Source: an uncultured Granulosicoccaceae bacterium (lineage in GTDB: Bacteria; Pseudomonadota; Gammaproteobacteria; Granulosicoccales; Granulosicoccaceae). Taken from it: a stretch of DNA of 64,000 nt. How positions within the stretch are numbered: position 1 is the first letter of the stretch; each line of letters begins with the position of its first letter. Position numbers and translations under genes: made by a program. The notes beneath the pieces were generated by a model. The model was not told where the DNA came from. It did no database searches and was given only the letters and a program-made list of their open reading frames with translations. Location of the stretch: assembly GCA_938028465.1 (NCBI GenBank), contig CALJAA010000006.1:14722-78721 (forward strand). The letters run 5' to 3'. This document shows positions 10,901 through 18,181 of the stretch, one piece after another.

Positions 10901-11137
10901 ACTCACGATTTCACGCGAAACCGCTTCAAGATCTTTCCACGCCGGATGACCTTCCTGGAAAATACTGCGAGCCGCAACATTGTTGCTGGCATAAAACACT
11001 TCGTCACCAGGCAAAACTATGTCGCCTATGTCGCCGAAATGACTATCGGCCAGGGTCTGGGTCGAAAGACTGAGCGCGGAAATAACACCGGCACATACAA
11101 AAACAATCGATCGACGAGTCGAAGCAAAGATATTCAA
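7964..11137 (-). CDS. Large secreted protein with PKD-like domain and thrombospondin type-3 Ca-binding repeats
   Basis: TTG start with GGGAG RBS; signal peptide; YTIPGLYRVTVTVTD (PKD); about 5 DNCPxxxNPxQxDxDxDGxGDACD units; Cys-containing C-terminal domain. Confidence 0.88.
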   Translation of the reverse strand: MNIFASTRRSIVFVCAGVISALSLSTQTLADSHFGDIGDIVLPGDEVFYASNNVAARSIFQEGHPAWKDLEAVSREIVSRQLGVPNDDRLRHTAGAETRALMYLNLMSWLAEGRVALIAQLFDSDKYALVSELEGRIRNKKLDLATLAKDEYDQWFFAPCAYHPIVGDPDEYLNRPDVFTACLPPPILRLTPPPVPSSAEFTTWAIQSAGDIERNQWLEQFNLINPWGSMGTDRMRVHYNEYLKSTLHAIPFEIVMVESMRTGQVTVDLSSIDNIDLADSFGTLAAEAGSEFLINYFRDFLMDTLISMLIGGYDGPSPHDAAILAGTALAVEILKQVGIAQVGDALEGQIADATNYDIFEANETVEGRTEIFLEFMALTYPDFHDYRHFLPGTTAGNPEDSRTRFEKLDEFEASFGPQVRVGISDPFSPADDNTVLLGSEIKFKTRQHFYEDGSFARELDDHPMDYGTHIPYQNWDREYWSAWKIPEGFLHIRYMKPVGNVFPDEYINADCPSNPPYSPVDYSNQGYRCLNSFFGSFTEPLNVGDPVQLGLFATRVTAVPSADHLVILDEIPDGFRFQSHLIHAAVNDYSNCELSGNCFISQDIRYLNSRQAEIDGGSRRIVRFFSNDIPEVDLVASGEVLPSVDPGGLQNFNIDAPVVFNAVATDDDVQSLNYNWVIGKCPVVGSCSFHDGGTIIIGDAGAGSTVIYSGLRRSTIDYFYTIPGLYRVTVTVTDNLGEAVAESLEFRVSKEAGDDNEDPFADPDLDGIWTAVDNCPDVANPFQEDSDNNGVGDACQLDDFDGDGIDSSIDNCPVSPNPSQRDFDGDGIGDACDFEVPDRDSDGVPDRSDNCPFVSNAVQMDTDGDGIGDVCDPLDDIDDDGIETVVDNCPNLANPSQSDVDLDGIGDACDLFDDIDDDGIETSVDNCPTDANPDQSDVDFDSLGDACDSFNDTDGDGIANAMDLACPASDLAPTVVIAHCDSGVLNSVTVNGCSIMDTINTCPTGTQGELSRCVSHATNKLKKSGLISGKEKGQIQKCAKLPKEDKSKADKPKKNKK

Positions 11138-11153
11138 ATGGAAAATACTCCCT

Positions 11154-11187
11154 TGATTCTTATTATTAATTGATTCTTATTATTAAT
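11154..11187. repeat. Perfect 17-bp tandem duplication TGATTCTTATTATTAAT x2
   Basis: Copies at 11154-11170 and 11171-11187, just upstream of the passenger gene RBS. Confidence 0.9.
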
Positions 11188-11813
11188 ATCGATCTGACAA
11201 ATGGGAGACTGATCGAGGGCAGGCCACTCTAACGAATATCCTATTTTTATACAATTGGCCGTGCCCGTGTCATTCGAACCACTATTAACAGACGCACGTT
11301 CGCTAACCAGATCCAGACTGATTTAATAATTGATATAGAAAGGCTATTCGCGAAGGAAAGTTGGTACGCCCGCGCCAATGGTTCTCTCATACATCCGAGG
11401 AGCCTCATGGCATTAGATTTAGGACGGATGCGCGGGCTGATACCCTACACAACCGTTGAAAACCAACTCTGGAGATGACACTAGGCCAATTAAGACAAGT
11501 CGTCAATAAAAACCTTTCCGCATACCATCGACGCTCGGATGTTTGTGAACCATTGCTCGAAAAAACACTGAGTTTCCGGTCCTGATGCATGCGCGACTCC
11601 AAATACTAGAGCTGGAATCGTTTTATCGAGTGAGTGACGTCCCGTTTGAAAACGTACAGTGTTAATTCCACCGTTAAAGACATTACACAACTATTTGGTG
11701 TTTCTATCGCACACGAGATGTCAGGAACGTCTGGTGTATGACGGTTAGGCGACCGTCAGTATCTCTTATTGCCCCTAACTAACCGCTTACAAAGAGATTG
11801 CACGTTGATTCGC

Positions 11814-11849
11814 ATAAAAAAGGCGGCCTTTTGGGGCCGCCTTTTTTAT
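11814..11849. terminator. Bidirectional intrinsic terminator
   Basis: ATAAAAAAGGCGGCC-loop-GGCCGCCTTTTTTAT; GC stem with A/T tracts on both sides. Confidence 0.9.
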
Positions 11850-11910
11850 TGAGCTAGAGTCTCTTAAAACTCAGATCGACAACTAGTTTGTCGATCTCTC
11901 ATGAGAATGG

Positions 11911-14142
11911 TTACTTAACCATTCCGCCTAGCTTCTCCATCATCGTGCTCATCACTGGCCCGATAACATCGCCAACACCTTCTTTATTTAGTACGGTATC
12001 AGCGATAGGCTTTAACTTAGCCATACCATTGCCAACCACCTTGTTAAGTGGTCCGCGCGCAGCATCAGGTACAGCAGAAAAATCACCCATTACAGTATCT
12101 AATGCACCGCTTACAGCTTCGAGCTTAGGTAGGGCAGAAGATGCTGTGTCGGCATCCGTTACGCTGCCAAGCACGGCACCTGTAGTGCCAAAAACGCTAC
12201 CTAACTGGCGTCCGATAGCACCAAGGCTATAGTTGCCTCTTGTAGCGTTATCTGAGCTTGACTCTTCTGACATAGTTTCTTCAGTTGAGGCAGTTGGAGC
12301 TGCGGCTGCAAAATTTACCTTCGGGCAAGTCTCGCAAACTGCAGCCGATCCGGTAGCTTCTTTAGTCGTCGCTTCTTCTGTGACTTCTTCAGTTGCTGCT
12401 TCTTCCGTAACTTCGGTAGTAGCCTCTTCAGTTGCGGCCCCTTCTACTGCATCAGCGGCTTCTTCGGTTGCATCGCTGGCAGTTTCAGTTACCGCATCTG
12501 CGGCCCCTTCTACGGCATTGGCAGCATCACCAGCCGTTTCAGTCACGGCATCCGCTGCGCCTGCTGCAGCATCAGTCGCTACATCGACAGCATCGCCAGC
12601 CGTTTCAGTCACAGCATCCGCTGCGCCTGCTGCAGCATCAGTCGCTGCATCGACAGCATCACCAGCCGTTTCAGTCACGGCATCTGCTGCGCCTGCTGCA
12701 GCATCTGTAGCTGCATCGACAGCATCGCCAGCCGTATCAGTCACGGCATCTGCCGCGCCTGCTGCAGCATCAGTAGCTGCATCGACAGCATCACCAGCCG
12801 TTTCAGTTACGGCATCCGCTGCGCCTGCTGCAGCATCAGTAGCTGCATCGACAGCATCACCAGCTGTTTCAGTCACGGCATCTGCTGCGCCTGCTGCAGC
12901 ATCAGTAGCTGCATCGACAGCATCACCAGCCGTTTCAGTTACGGCATCCGCTGCGCCTGCAGCAACATCAGTAGCTGCATCGACAGCATCACCAGCCGTT
13001 TCAGTCACGGCATCCGCTGCGCCTGCTGCAGCATCGGTAGCTGCATCGACAGCATCACCAGCCGTTTCAGCTACGGCATCCGCTGCGCCTGCTGCGGCAT
13101 CAGTAGCTGCATCGACAGCATCACTAGCCGTTTCAGTCACGGCATCTGCTGCGCCTGCTGCGGCATCAGTAGCTGCATCGACAGCATCACCAGCCGTTTC
13201 AGCTACGGCATCCGCTGCGCCTGCAACGGCATCAGTGGCAGCATCGACAGCATCACCAGCCGTTTCAGCCACGGCATCGGCTGCGCCTGCCACAGTGTCT
13301 GTTGCAGTACTTGCCGCGTCGCCAGTAGCATCAGCCGCAGCATTCACTGCATCCGTGGCTGAAGTACCTGCATCGTCTTTTCCACCAAAGAAGCTAAAAC
13401 CCAACCAAGCGAGTAAGACCGCGCCAGCGATGGGGATAAGCTTTTTCCAGAAAGGAGAACCATCGCCGCCGTTTCCGCCGCCGAAATTACCCGAGGCAGA
13501 AGCGGCTGCCTTGCTTGCCGCTGCAGAAGCTGTGCTCGCGGCGCCACTGGCCGCGTTGCTAACTTTGCCCGCTGCATCTGAGGCCGAGCCGCTAATGCTG
13601 CTTAAGAAACCTTGAGCGCTCAACTTGTCACTTAAGCCAGCAGGCATGGCTGAATTGATGTGTTGCTCTTGGCCTTTCATCATCTTCGTTAGGCCGCTAG
13701 CGTTAAGGCCGTCAGTTGTAACCTGCTTTTTAAGTACACCCATCACCATTGGCGTTAGTGCGCCAAGCATGGATTTACTGTTGTTTTGGCTGATACCAGC
13801 AGCGCCAGAGACAGCGCCAGTTAATGCACTTAATCCACCTGTGCCAAACAAAGAACTCAGCGCTGAGCTACCTGCGTCCGCAGTTGATTTGGCCTTGTCG
13901 CCGCCAAGCAGGTTGTCCATGTTGCCAAGCATGCTGTCATCTTGGTTTTTGATGGCTTTGAAAAGTGCTTCTGCGCCGCTAGGTGTTGATGCGGATTGAG
14001 ACAAGCCTTTCAGCAAGCCTGGTACCGCAGCTCCGAGTGCAGCATCTGCTTTGCCAGACTCACCGCCGAGCAGTTTGCCAACATGGCCTTTTACTTGGCC
14101 TGTTAACTGATCTTTTACCAGATCAACTAGATTGAAAGACAT
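11911..14142 (-). CDS. DUF937-domain membrane protein with long Ala/Asp/Thr repeat stalk
   Basis: N-terminal MSFNLVDLVKDQL... DUF937-like region, one TM helix, 22-aa repeats, C-terminal SVTDADTASSALPKL domain; GGGGA RBS before ATG 14142. Confidence 0.8.
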   Translation of the reverse strand: MSFNLVDLVKDQLTGQVKGHVGKLLGGESGKADAALGAAVPGLLKGLSQSASTPSGAEALFKAIKNQDDSMLGNMDNLLGGDKAKSTADAGSSALSSLFGTGGLSALTGAVSGAAGISQNNSKSMLGALTPMVMGVLKKQVTTDGLNASGLTKMMKGQEQHINSAMPAGLSDKLSAQGFLSSISGSASDAAGKVSNAASGAASTASAAASKAAASASGNFGGGNGGDGSPFWKKLIPIAGAVLLAWLGFSFFGGKDDAGTSATDAVNAAADATGDAASTATDTVAGAADAVAETAGDAVDAATDAVAGAADAVAETAGDAVDAATDAAAGAADAVTETASDAVDAATDAAAGAADAVAETAGDAVDAATDAAAGAADAVTETAGDAVDAATDVAAGAADAVTETAGDAVDAATDAAAGAADAVTETAGDAVDAATDAAAGAADAVTETAGDAVDAATDAAAGAADAVTDTAGDAVDAATDAAAGAADAVTETAGDAVDAATDAAAGAADAVTETAGDAVDVATDAAAGAADAVTETAGDAANAVEGAADAVTETASDATEEAADAVEGAATEEATTEVTEEAATEEVTEEATTKEATGSAAVCETCPKVNFAAAAPTASTEETMSEESSSDNATRGNYSLGAIGRQLGSVFGTTGAVLGSVTDADTASSALPKLEAVSGALDTVMGDFSAVPDAARGPLNKVVGNGMAKLKPIADTVLNKEGVGDVIGPVMSTMMEKLGGMVK
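12550..13275 (-). repeat. Coding tandem repeat, 11 x 66 bp (AVTETAGDAVDAATDAAAGAAD) with partial flanking units
   Basis: Counted in the protein; 726 bp = 11 x 66. Confidence 0.92.
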
Positions 14143-14262
14143 TAAATTCCCCAATGTGTTCGTGATTTATGAATGATTAGTGCAGACGGGCCTTGGTGGA
14201 GCAGTTGCCGCCTGATGCATTAAGTTTACACGCTGCTACCTGCTTCGTTAATGCCATGCCGA

Positions 14263-14298
14263 GTAAACAGCTGCAAATAAGCGTAAACAGCTGCAAAT
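14263..14298. repeat. 16-bp direct repeat GTAAACAGCTGCAAAT x2 (20-bp period)
   Basis: 14263-14278 and 14283-14298, in a divergent intergenic region. Confidence 0.85.
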
Positions 14299-14439
14299 TC
14301 TTTAGCCCACGGCAAGCGAGTATTAAAAGTGCACAAAATTTAACCATTTCGAACCACTTTATAGACGCGTTGTCAGTGATTTAATGATAGAGCCATTTGT
14401 CAGTCTTTGACGAGTGTTTAGGGCATCGGTTAACCTCCG

Positions 14440-15144
14440 GTGCTACCCAAGGAGCAGCTGTTGGACGAACTTATTTACAAATTCCTGATTCAATCAGGTT
14501 ACCCACGGTCCTCCATCGTATCTAAGCTAACTAGCGGTATTCTCACATCTAAGTCAGCGTCGAATGGCTCTATTCAAGGCTCATTGGATCAATGTATCAC
14601 TTGTATAATTGTTGATCCAATAACAGCAGATTACCTGTCTGTCATTGCTGTTGTTGGGGCTTCGGATGCTGAAACACTCAATGAAGCGGGTTCTGCCTGT
14701 GCGCTCTATGCGACACGTTTAGATCAATACAAGTTGCAGTGCTTTGTTATTCGTGTGGATATCGAAGCCCATGAAAGTGACGACCAAGTACAATTTTTCC
14801 GAGTGGATGACGATCAACAGCTCGTTCCTCTCTCGGTGCAGAGCTTCCCCGATATTGATTCCCTTCGAGTTAGCCGGTTACTTGCGCTAAAACAGATGAG
14901 CCCAGTTGTTGAAATCATCGATAGCACGAGCGATGACGAATCACAAATTGAAGCTAATCTGCCCACCAAACGACCCCTATCTATGTATGTGCCAGGAGTC
15001 TTACTCTTGCTGACTGGTGTACTTAATTGGGTAGTTGGTATGAAGACGGAATCGGCATTATTGGATTCAGGCACCATCAATTTGTTGATAGGTGCTGCAT
15101 TTCTACTCACTATGCCATCGCTGTTGCGTTATTATCGCGGTTAG
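14440..15144 (+). CDS. Hypothetical protein with two C-terminal TM helices
   Basis: 234-aa ORF; soluble alpha/beta N-terminus, hydrophobic C-terminal hairpin. Confidence 0.7.
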   Translation: MLPKEQLLDELIYKFLIQSGYPRSSIVSKLTSGILTSKSASNGSIQGSLDQCITCIIVDPITADYLSVIAVVGASDAETLNEAGSACALYATRLDQYKLQCFVIRVDIEAHESDDQVQFFRVDDDQQLVPLSVQSFPDIDSLRVSRLLALKQMSPVVEIIDSTSDDESQIEANLPTKRPLSMYVPGVLLLLTGVLNWVVGMKTESALLDSGTINLLIGAAFLLTMPSLLRYYRG

Positions 15145-15169
15145 TACCAGCCCTCAACGCGTCACATAG

Positions 15170-16096
15170 ATGGATTCATTACTTTCTGGTTTGCGTGCAG
15201 CAGGCGAGCCCACGCGGCTGCGCTTGTTAGCGCTTTGCGCTCATGGCGAGCTATCTGTTGGCGAACTCACCACTATCTTGGGCCAAAGTCAGCCTCGCGT
15301 ATCGCGGCATTTAAAGCTAATGGTGGAAGCAGGGTTGCTGCAACGCTTCCGCGAAGGGGCACAGGTGTATTACCGTATCACTGAAGATAGTGATGCCAAG
15401 ACGCTTGCTCGAACCTTGGTGGATTTACTGCCAGGCAATGATAGCGAACTCAATAGTGATCTTGCTGGGCTGGATGCAATAAGGCAACGGCGCGCCAAAC
15501 TCGCTGATGCCTACTTCAATGATAATGCCGCACATTGGGACGAGATTAGGCAGCTGCATGTTGCAGAAGCGGCAGTGGAAGCAAGACTGCTTGATATGGT
15601 CGGCAGGCAAAAAATAGAAACCCATGTGGATATCGGCACTGGCACGGGTAAAATTCTTGCGCTGTTGTCTGAGCGAGTCGAGCGCAGTATTGGTATTGAT
15701 ACCAACACAGAGATGTTAACGCTAGCGCGAACCTATCTTGAACGCGAGAACATCAAAAATGCGCACGTCCGCAAAGGCGACATGTATGGCATGCCATTAG
15801 AAGACGGCACAATGGATTTGGCTACACTGCATTTGGTTCTACATTACAGCCTTGAGCCTGCAGAAGTGATTGCGGAGGCGGCAAGAGTGTTACGTCAGAA
15901 TGGCAAATTAGTGATTGTTGATTTTGCGTCTCATCAAGAAGAACAACTACGTTCCGAGCATCAACACCAGCGGCTAGGGTTTGGTGATCGAGAAATCTTA
16001 CAATCGATGCTGCAAGCTGGGTTGCAACCGGGGCCCACTGAGGCATTGGTAGGTGATCCAATTACCGTAAAGCTTTGGCAAGGGATCAAACAATGA
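15170..16096 (+). CDS. ArsR-HTH plus SAM-methyltransferase fusion regulator (SahR/SamR-like)
   Basis: EPTRLRLL...[13 protein letters not shown]; [11 protein letters not shown] motif; [12 protein letters not shown]. Confidence 0.9.
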   Translation: MDSLLSGLRAAGEPTRLRLLALCAHGELSVGELTTILGQSQPRVSRHLKLMVEAGLLQRFREGAQVYYRITEDSDAKTLARTLVDLLPGNDSELNSDLAGLDAIRQRRAKLADAYFNDNAAHWDEIRQLHVAEAAVEARLLDMVGRQKIETHVDIGTGTGKILALLSERVERSIGIDTNTEMLTLARTYLERENIKNAHVRKGDMYGMPLEDGTMDLATLHLVLHYSLEPAEVIAEAARVLRQNGKLVIVDFASHQEEQLRSEHQHQRLGFGDREILQSMLQAGLQPGPTEALVGDPITVKLWQGIKQ

Positions 16097-17430
16097 CCGA
16101 TACAAAAACTCAAAAAATCGGATTTGTCAGCTTGGGTTGCCCCAAAGCATTGGTGGATTCTGAGCGCATCTTGACACAACTTCGTACTGATGGTTATGAA
16201 GTGGTACCAGAGTACCAATCAGCTGATATGGTCGTCGTCAACACCTGCGGGTTTATCGATAGTGCCGTAGCTGAATCACTGGATGCTATAGGTGAAGCAT
16301 TAAACGAAAATGGCAAAGTGATAGTGACTGGTTGCCTTGGCGTAAAGCCTGAAGTGATACAGGAACAATTTCCACAAGTGCTAGCTGTAACTGGGCCTCA
16401 AGCCTATGAAGAAGTGGTCGGTGCCGTGCATCGGCATTTACCTCAAACTGCCGAACACAATCCGTTTACTGAACTAGTACCACCTCAGGGTATCAAGCTT
16501 ACGCCTAGGCACTATGCCTATTTGAAAATTTCTGAAGGCTGTAATCACCGATGCAGCTTTTGCATCATCCCATCTATGCGTGGTGACTTAGTGAGTCGTG
16601 ATGCTGGGGATGTGATGGAAGAGGCGCAAAGATTAAAAAACGCAGGCGTTAGAGAACTATTAGTGATCTCACAAGACACCAGTGCCTATGGCGTTGATAT
16701 GAAATACAAGACGGCATTCTGGGATGGTCGGCCGATTAAAACCAAACTACTCGATCTTTGCGAAGCTTTGGGCGAGCTTGGGATATGGGTAAGGTTGCAC
16801 TATGTTTATCCGTATCCGCACGTTGATAACATTATTCCACTAATGGCTGAAGGCAAGATCGTCCCTTATCTTGATATCCCGTTTCAGCATGCTAGCCCGC
16901 GCATTCTTAAATTAATGAAACGCCCCGCAGCGGCTGAAAATAATTTGAAGCGGATTCGCGCGTGGCGAGAAACCTGCCCGGATATTACTTTGCGAAGTAC
17001 GTTTATCGCAGGGTTTCCCGGAGAGACTGAGGAAGAATTTAATGAACTGCTGAATTTTCTAGATGAAGCACAACTAGATCGAGTAGGGTGCTTTGCTTAC
17101 TCGCCAGTTGAGGGTGCAGCTGCCAATGATCTACCTGATAGTGTGCCGGAAGAGGTTAAGCAGGAAAGGCTACAACGTTTCATGGAGAAACAGGCTCAAA
17201 TTAGTGCGCAAAAGCTGCAAAGCAAAATAGGCTCGCGAAAAATAGTGCTGATTGATGAAGTTAGCGACACCACAGCAATAGGCCGAACTACTGCGGATGC
17301 CCCAGAGATCGACGGTGTGGTTGAAATTGAGCTTGGTGATTTTGAAGTATTCGCGGGTGACTTCATCGAAGTTGACATCGTTGCAGCGACAGAGCACGAT
17401 TTACGCGCGACCATTCCAGACGAGGAATAG
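16093..17430 (+). CDS. rimO: Ribosomal protein S12 methylthiotransferase RimO
   Basis: [26 protein letters not shown] radical-SAM motif, TRAM domain; ATGA overlap with upstream stop. Confidence 0.97.
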   Translation: MTDTKTQKIGFVSLGCPKALVDSERILTQLRTDGYEVVPEYQSADMVVVNTCGFIDSAVAESLDAIGEALNENGKVIVTGCLGVKPEVIQEQFPQVLAVTGPQAYEEVVGAVHRHLPQTAEHNPFTELVPPQGIKLTPRHYAYLKISEGCNHRCSFCIIPSMRGDLVSRDAGDVMEEAQRLKNAGVRELLVISQDTSAYGVDMKYKTAFWDGRPIKTKLLDLCEALGELGIWVRLHYVYPYPHVDNIIPLMAEGKIVPYLDIPFQHASPRILKLMKRPAAAENNLKRIRAWRETCPDITLRSTFIAGFPGETEEEFNELLNFLDEAQLDRVGCFAYSPVEGAAANDLPDSVPEEVKQERLQRFMEKQAQISAQKLQSKIGSRKIVLIDEVSDTTAIGRTTADAPEIDGVVEIELGDFEVFAGDFIEVDIVAATEHDLRATIPDEE

Positions 17431-17431
17431 A

Positions 17432-17660
17432 GTCATCCCCGCAACTGTCATCCCCGCGAAGGCGGGGATCCATGCCCGTGCGGAGATCAATACCCCCATT
17501 TTCTAACGGTTTTCTAGCGGTCGTTTTATGTCTGGTTGGCAGCTCGATATGTGCGAGCGCTCATCTCTACTCAACGTGGATCCCCGCCTGTGCGGGGATG
17601 ACAATAGCGCGGGGTTGGCAATATGCGAGGGGATGACAGTTGCAATCGGTATGACAGTTG
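17432..17660. repeat. REP/dRS3-like palindromic element pair with degenerate extra copies
   Basis: GTCATCCCCGCGAAGGCGGGGATCCA (17447-17472) and TGGATCCCCGCCTGTGCGGGGATGAC (17577-17602), mutually inverted; partial copies at 17432, 17629 and 17651. Confidence 0.88.
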
Positions 17661-17672
17661 AGGAATGTGGAG

Positions 17673-18080
17673 CTAACCACCAAACGTAATATCGCGTTTT
17701 GCAGTTGATATGGTCACCGTAAAACCCAATACAACATCCATCAACGACGCTACGGTTGCGATTAAAAAGGTGGTGTTGCCTAAACGTGGTACGACTAAAA
17801 ACTCAATCAAAAAAACCACAAACACGAGTAGTGAAAGCGCATGATCAACTATGGAGATAGTGGAGGTGCGAGTGGCTTTAAAGGTTTCGATATAGAGAAA
17901 AAATATGCTCGCTAGGATGAAGGCATCACTGACGGTAAGGATGATTGTGCGGCCAGAGGGCAACAAAAACTCAAACAGGATAACGTTAATCATTGATTGA
18001 TCAACGGGCCCTGACATCATGATTACATTTGCTGCAATCAATACGTATAAAAAAAGCGGAATGGAGAGTATGAGCCGCAT
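17673..18080 (-). CDS. Hypothetical 4-TM membrane protein
   Basis: Four hydrophobic segments; ETFKAT, DHALS, AKRD motifs. Confidence 0.8.
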   Translation of the reverse strand: MRLILSIPLFLYVLIAANVIMMSGPVDQSMINVILFEFLLPSGRTIILTVSDAFILASIFFLYIETFKATRTSTISIVDHALSLLVFVVFLIEFLVVPRLGNTTFLIATVASLMDVVLGFTVTISTAKRDITFGG

Positions 18081-18181
18081 TGGAGAATTTGGTAATATGC
18101 CTAAGTTCAGTATAGTGCTTGGCCAACAAATGTCCTCTCTTATCGAATTTTCGCCTCACATCACTTAAAAAGGTGCCCCGA

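Larger units (their letters stand above)
5380..11790 (+). mobile_element. Extended IS66 transposition unit with passenger gene, bounded by an 8-bp target duplication
   Basis: Second right end TAACTAACCGCTTAC at 11776-11790. AAAGAGAT at 5372-5379 and 11791-11798. The inner right end is followed by GAAGGAAC instead. Confidence 0.9.

Noticed and set aside
7811-11408. Short inverted match GAGGCTCCT / AGGAGCCTC flanking the cargo gene
   Set aside because: Only 9 bp plus a gapped 5 bp and no flanking duplication; compatible with chance
12550-13275. 66-bp periodicity resembling a CRISPR array
   Set aside because: Whole units are near-identical with no unique spacers, they lie in frame in a CDS, and no cas genes are present
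12233-13615. 460-aa Ala/Ser/Val-rich plus-strand ORF
   Set aside because: Antisense shadow of the 66-bp coding repeat in the DUF937 gene
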